DNA of 64,000 bases, the filler included, from Basidiobolus ranarum (lineage: Eukaryota): NCBI GenBank assembly GCA_040143965.1. It is 12 parts of 12 records of this genome, joined end to end, with 100 filler letters (N's around TTAATTAATTAA, not from the genome) between each part and the next. Parts side by side here need not be neighbours in the genome. Positions count along the whole stretch, not along the records: positions 58,967 to 64,000 come from JASJQH010001735.1; 11 more parts are not named here. One strand, given 5' to 3'. Positions 63,188 through 64,000 of this stretch are shown here, piece after piece. The translations under genes and the position numbers were made by a program. The notes under the pieces were generated by a model, which was not told the DNA's origin, did no database searches, and saw only the letters and a program-made list of their open reading frames with translations. The first letter of the stretch is position 1. Every line of letters begins with the position of its first letter.

Positions 63188-64000
63188 ATGTCTGTCCAGA
63201 GCTATTCCAACACCTTGACATTTTACGTCAACGGTACTCGTGTTGCTTTGCAAAACCCTGACCCAGAAATGACACTTCTCCAGTACCTTCGTGGCACCGG
63301 CCTCACAGGAACAAAGCTTGGATGTGGAGAGGGCGGTTGCGGTAAGTACAGGAGTTATTTGGAATTCACACGTATTCCAAAACTACAATAGGATTCAATA
63401 CTAACTGAATTTCCTTGAATGTTGATTTTTATCCAACTTTGCTGGAATTATAGGTGCTTGCACATTGTTAGTCTCCTCGTACGATCCCAAGACAAAGAAG
63501 ATCACTCACACCTCCACTAACGCATGTCTTGCTCCACTCTGTGCTATGGATGGAAAACATATCATCACCATTGAAGGAATCGGAAACTCCAAGAACCCAC
63601 ATCCTGTTCAAGAGAGAATTGCACTCGCTCACGGTTCGCAGTGTGGTTTCTGTACCCCAGGAATTGCGATGTCACTCTATGCTCTGTTGAGAAACAATCC
63701 AAATCCTTCCGAGCACGACATCGAAGAGGCTTTCGATGGAAATCTCTGTCGCTGCACAGGCTACAGACCAATCTTGGACGCAGCCAAGACCTTTGCCACT
63801 CCCGCTGGTGGCTGTTGTGATGGAGATAAAGCTGCAGGGGGCTGTTGTCTGGATCAGAAAGTGGAAGTGAAGGCGGAGAAAGCTCAGGTCAGAGGATGTG
63901 GAAAAGAAGGAGGCTGTTCCCAAGATAAGCAAGAGTACGATGATAAGCTGAATTTTGCCGTCGATACCACCAAGTTTGAGAAAGTCAAAGTCAAAAAGTA
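63188..64000 (+). CDS. xdh: Xanthine dehydrogenase, N-terminal 2Fe-2S domains; one intron visible, runs off the window
   Basis: [76 protein letters not shown]. Confidence 0.95.

Noticed and set aside
1-64000. rRNA, tRNA, CRISPR or prophage features
   Set aside because: None recognised by eye; tRNAscan-SE or Infernal would be needed to exclude small RNAs.

Overview
Eukaryotic, fungal-type genomic DNA. The window is not contiguous: it is 12 unrelated contigs of about 5.2-5.3 kb in decreasing size order, joined by artificial 100-nt linkers (N44-TTAATTAATTAA-N44), so gene neighbourhood is meaningful only within a contig. Short GT-AG introns plus Ral GTPase, type III glutamine synthetase, a GDP-type succinyl-CoA ligase beta subunit, CRY-DASH, ENA ATPase and NudE suggest an early-diverging (zygomycete-grade) fungus; this is inference. 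Four contigs (1-5282, 16141-21413, 42951-48193, 48294-53530) are CpG-depleted transposon graveyards (Copia, Gypsy, CMC/CACTA, Harbinger-like). The others carry ordinary genes. Most interesting locus (54043-58866): a reconstructed 6-exon, ~979-aa secreted protein (signal peptide, EF-hands, hydrophobic helix, Cys-rich/PAN-like region, intact ComEC-type metallo-beta-lactamase domain) lies head-to-head with a secreted triple-CBM18 protein resembling the N-terminus of killer-toxin-like subgroup C chitinases. This is a candidate zymocin-like two-gene toxin system. Also notable: an OvoA-like (ovothiol synthesis) methyltransferase C-terminus and a Crinkler-like REase-kinase gene.
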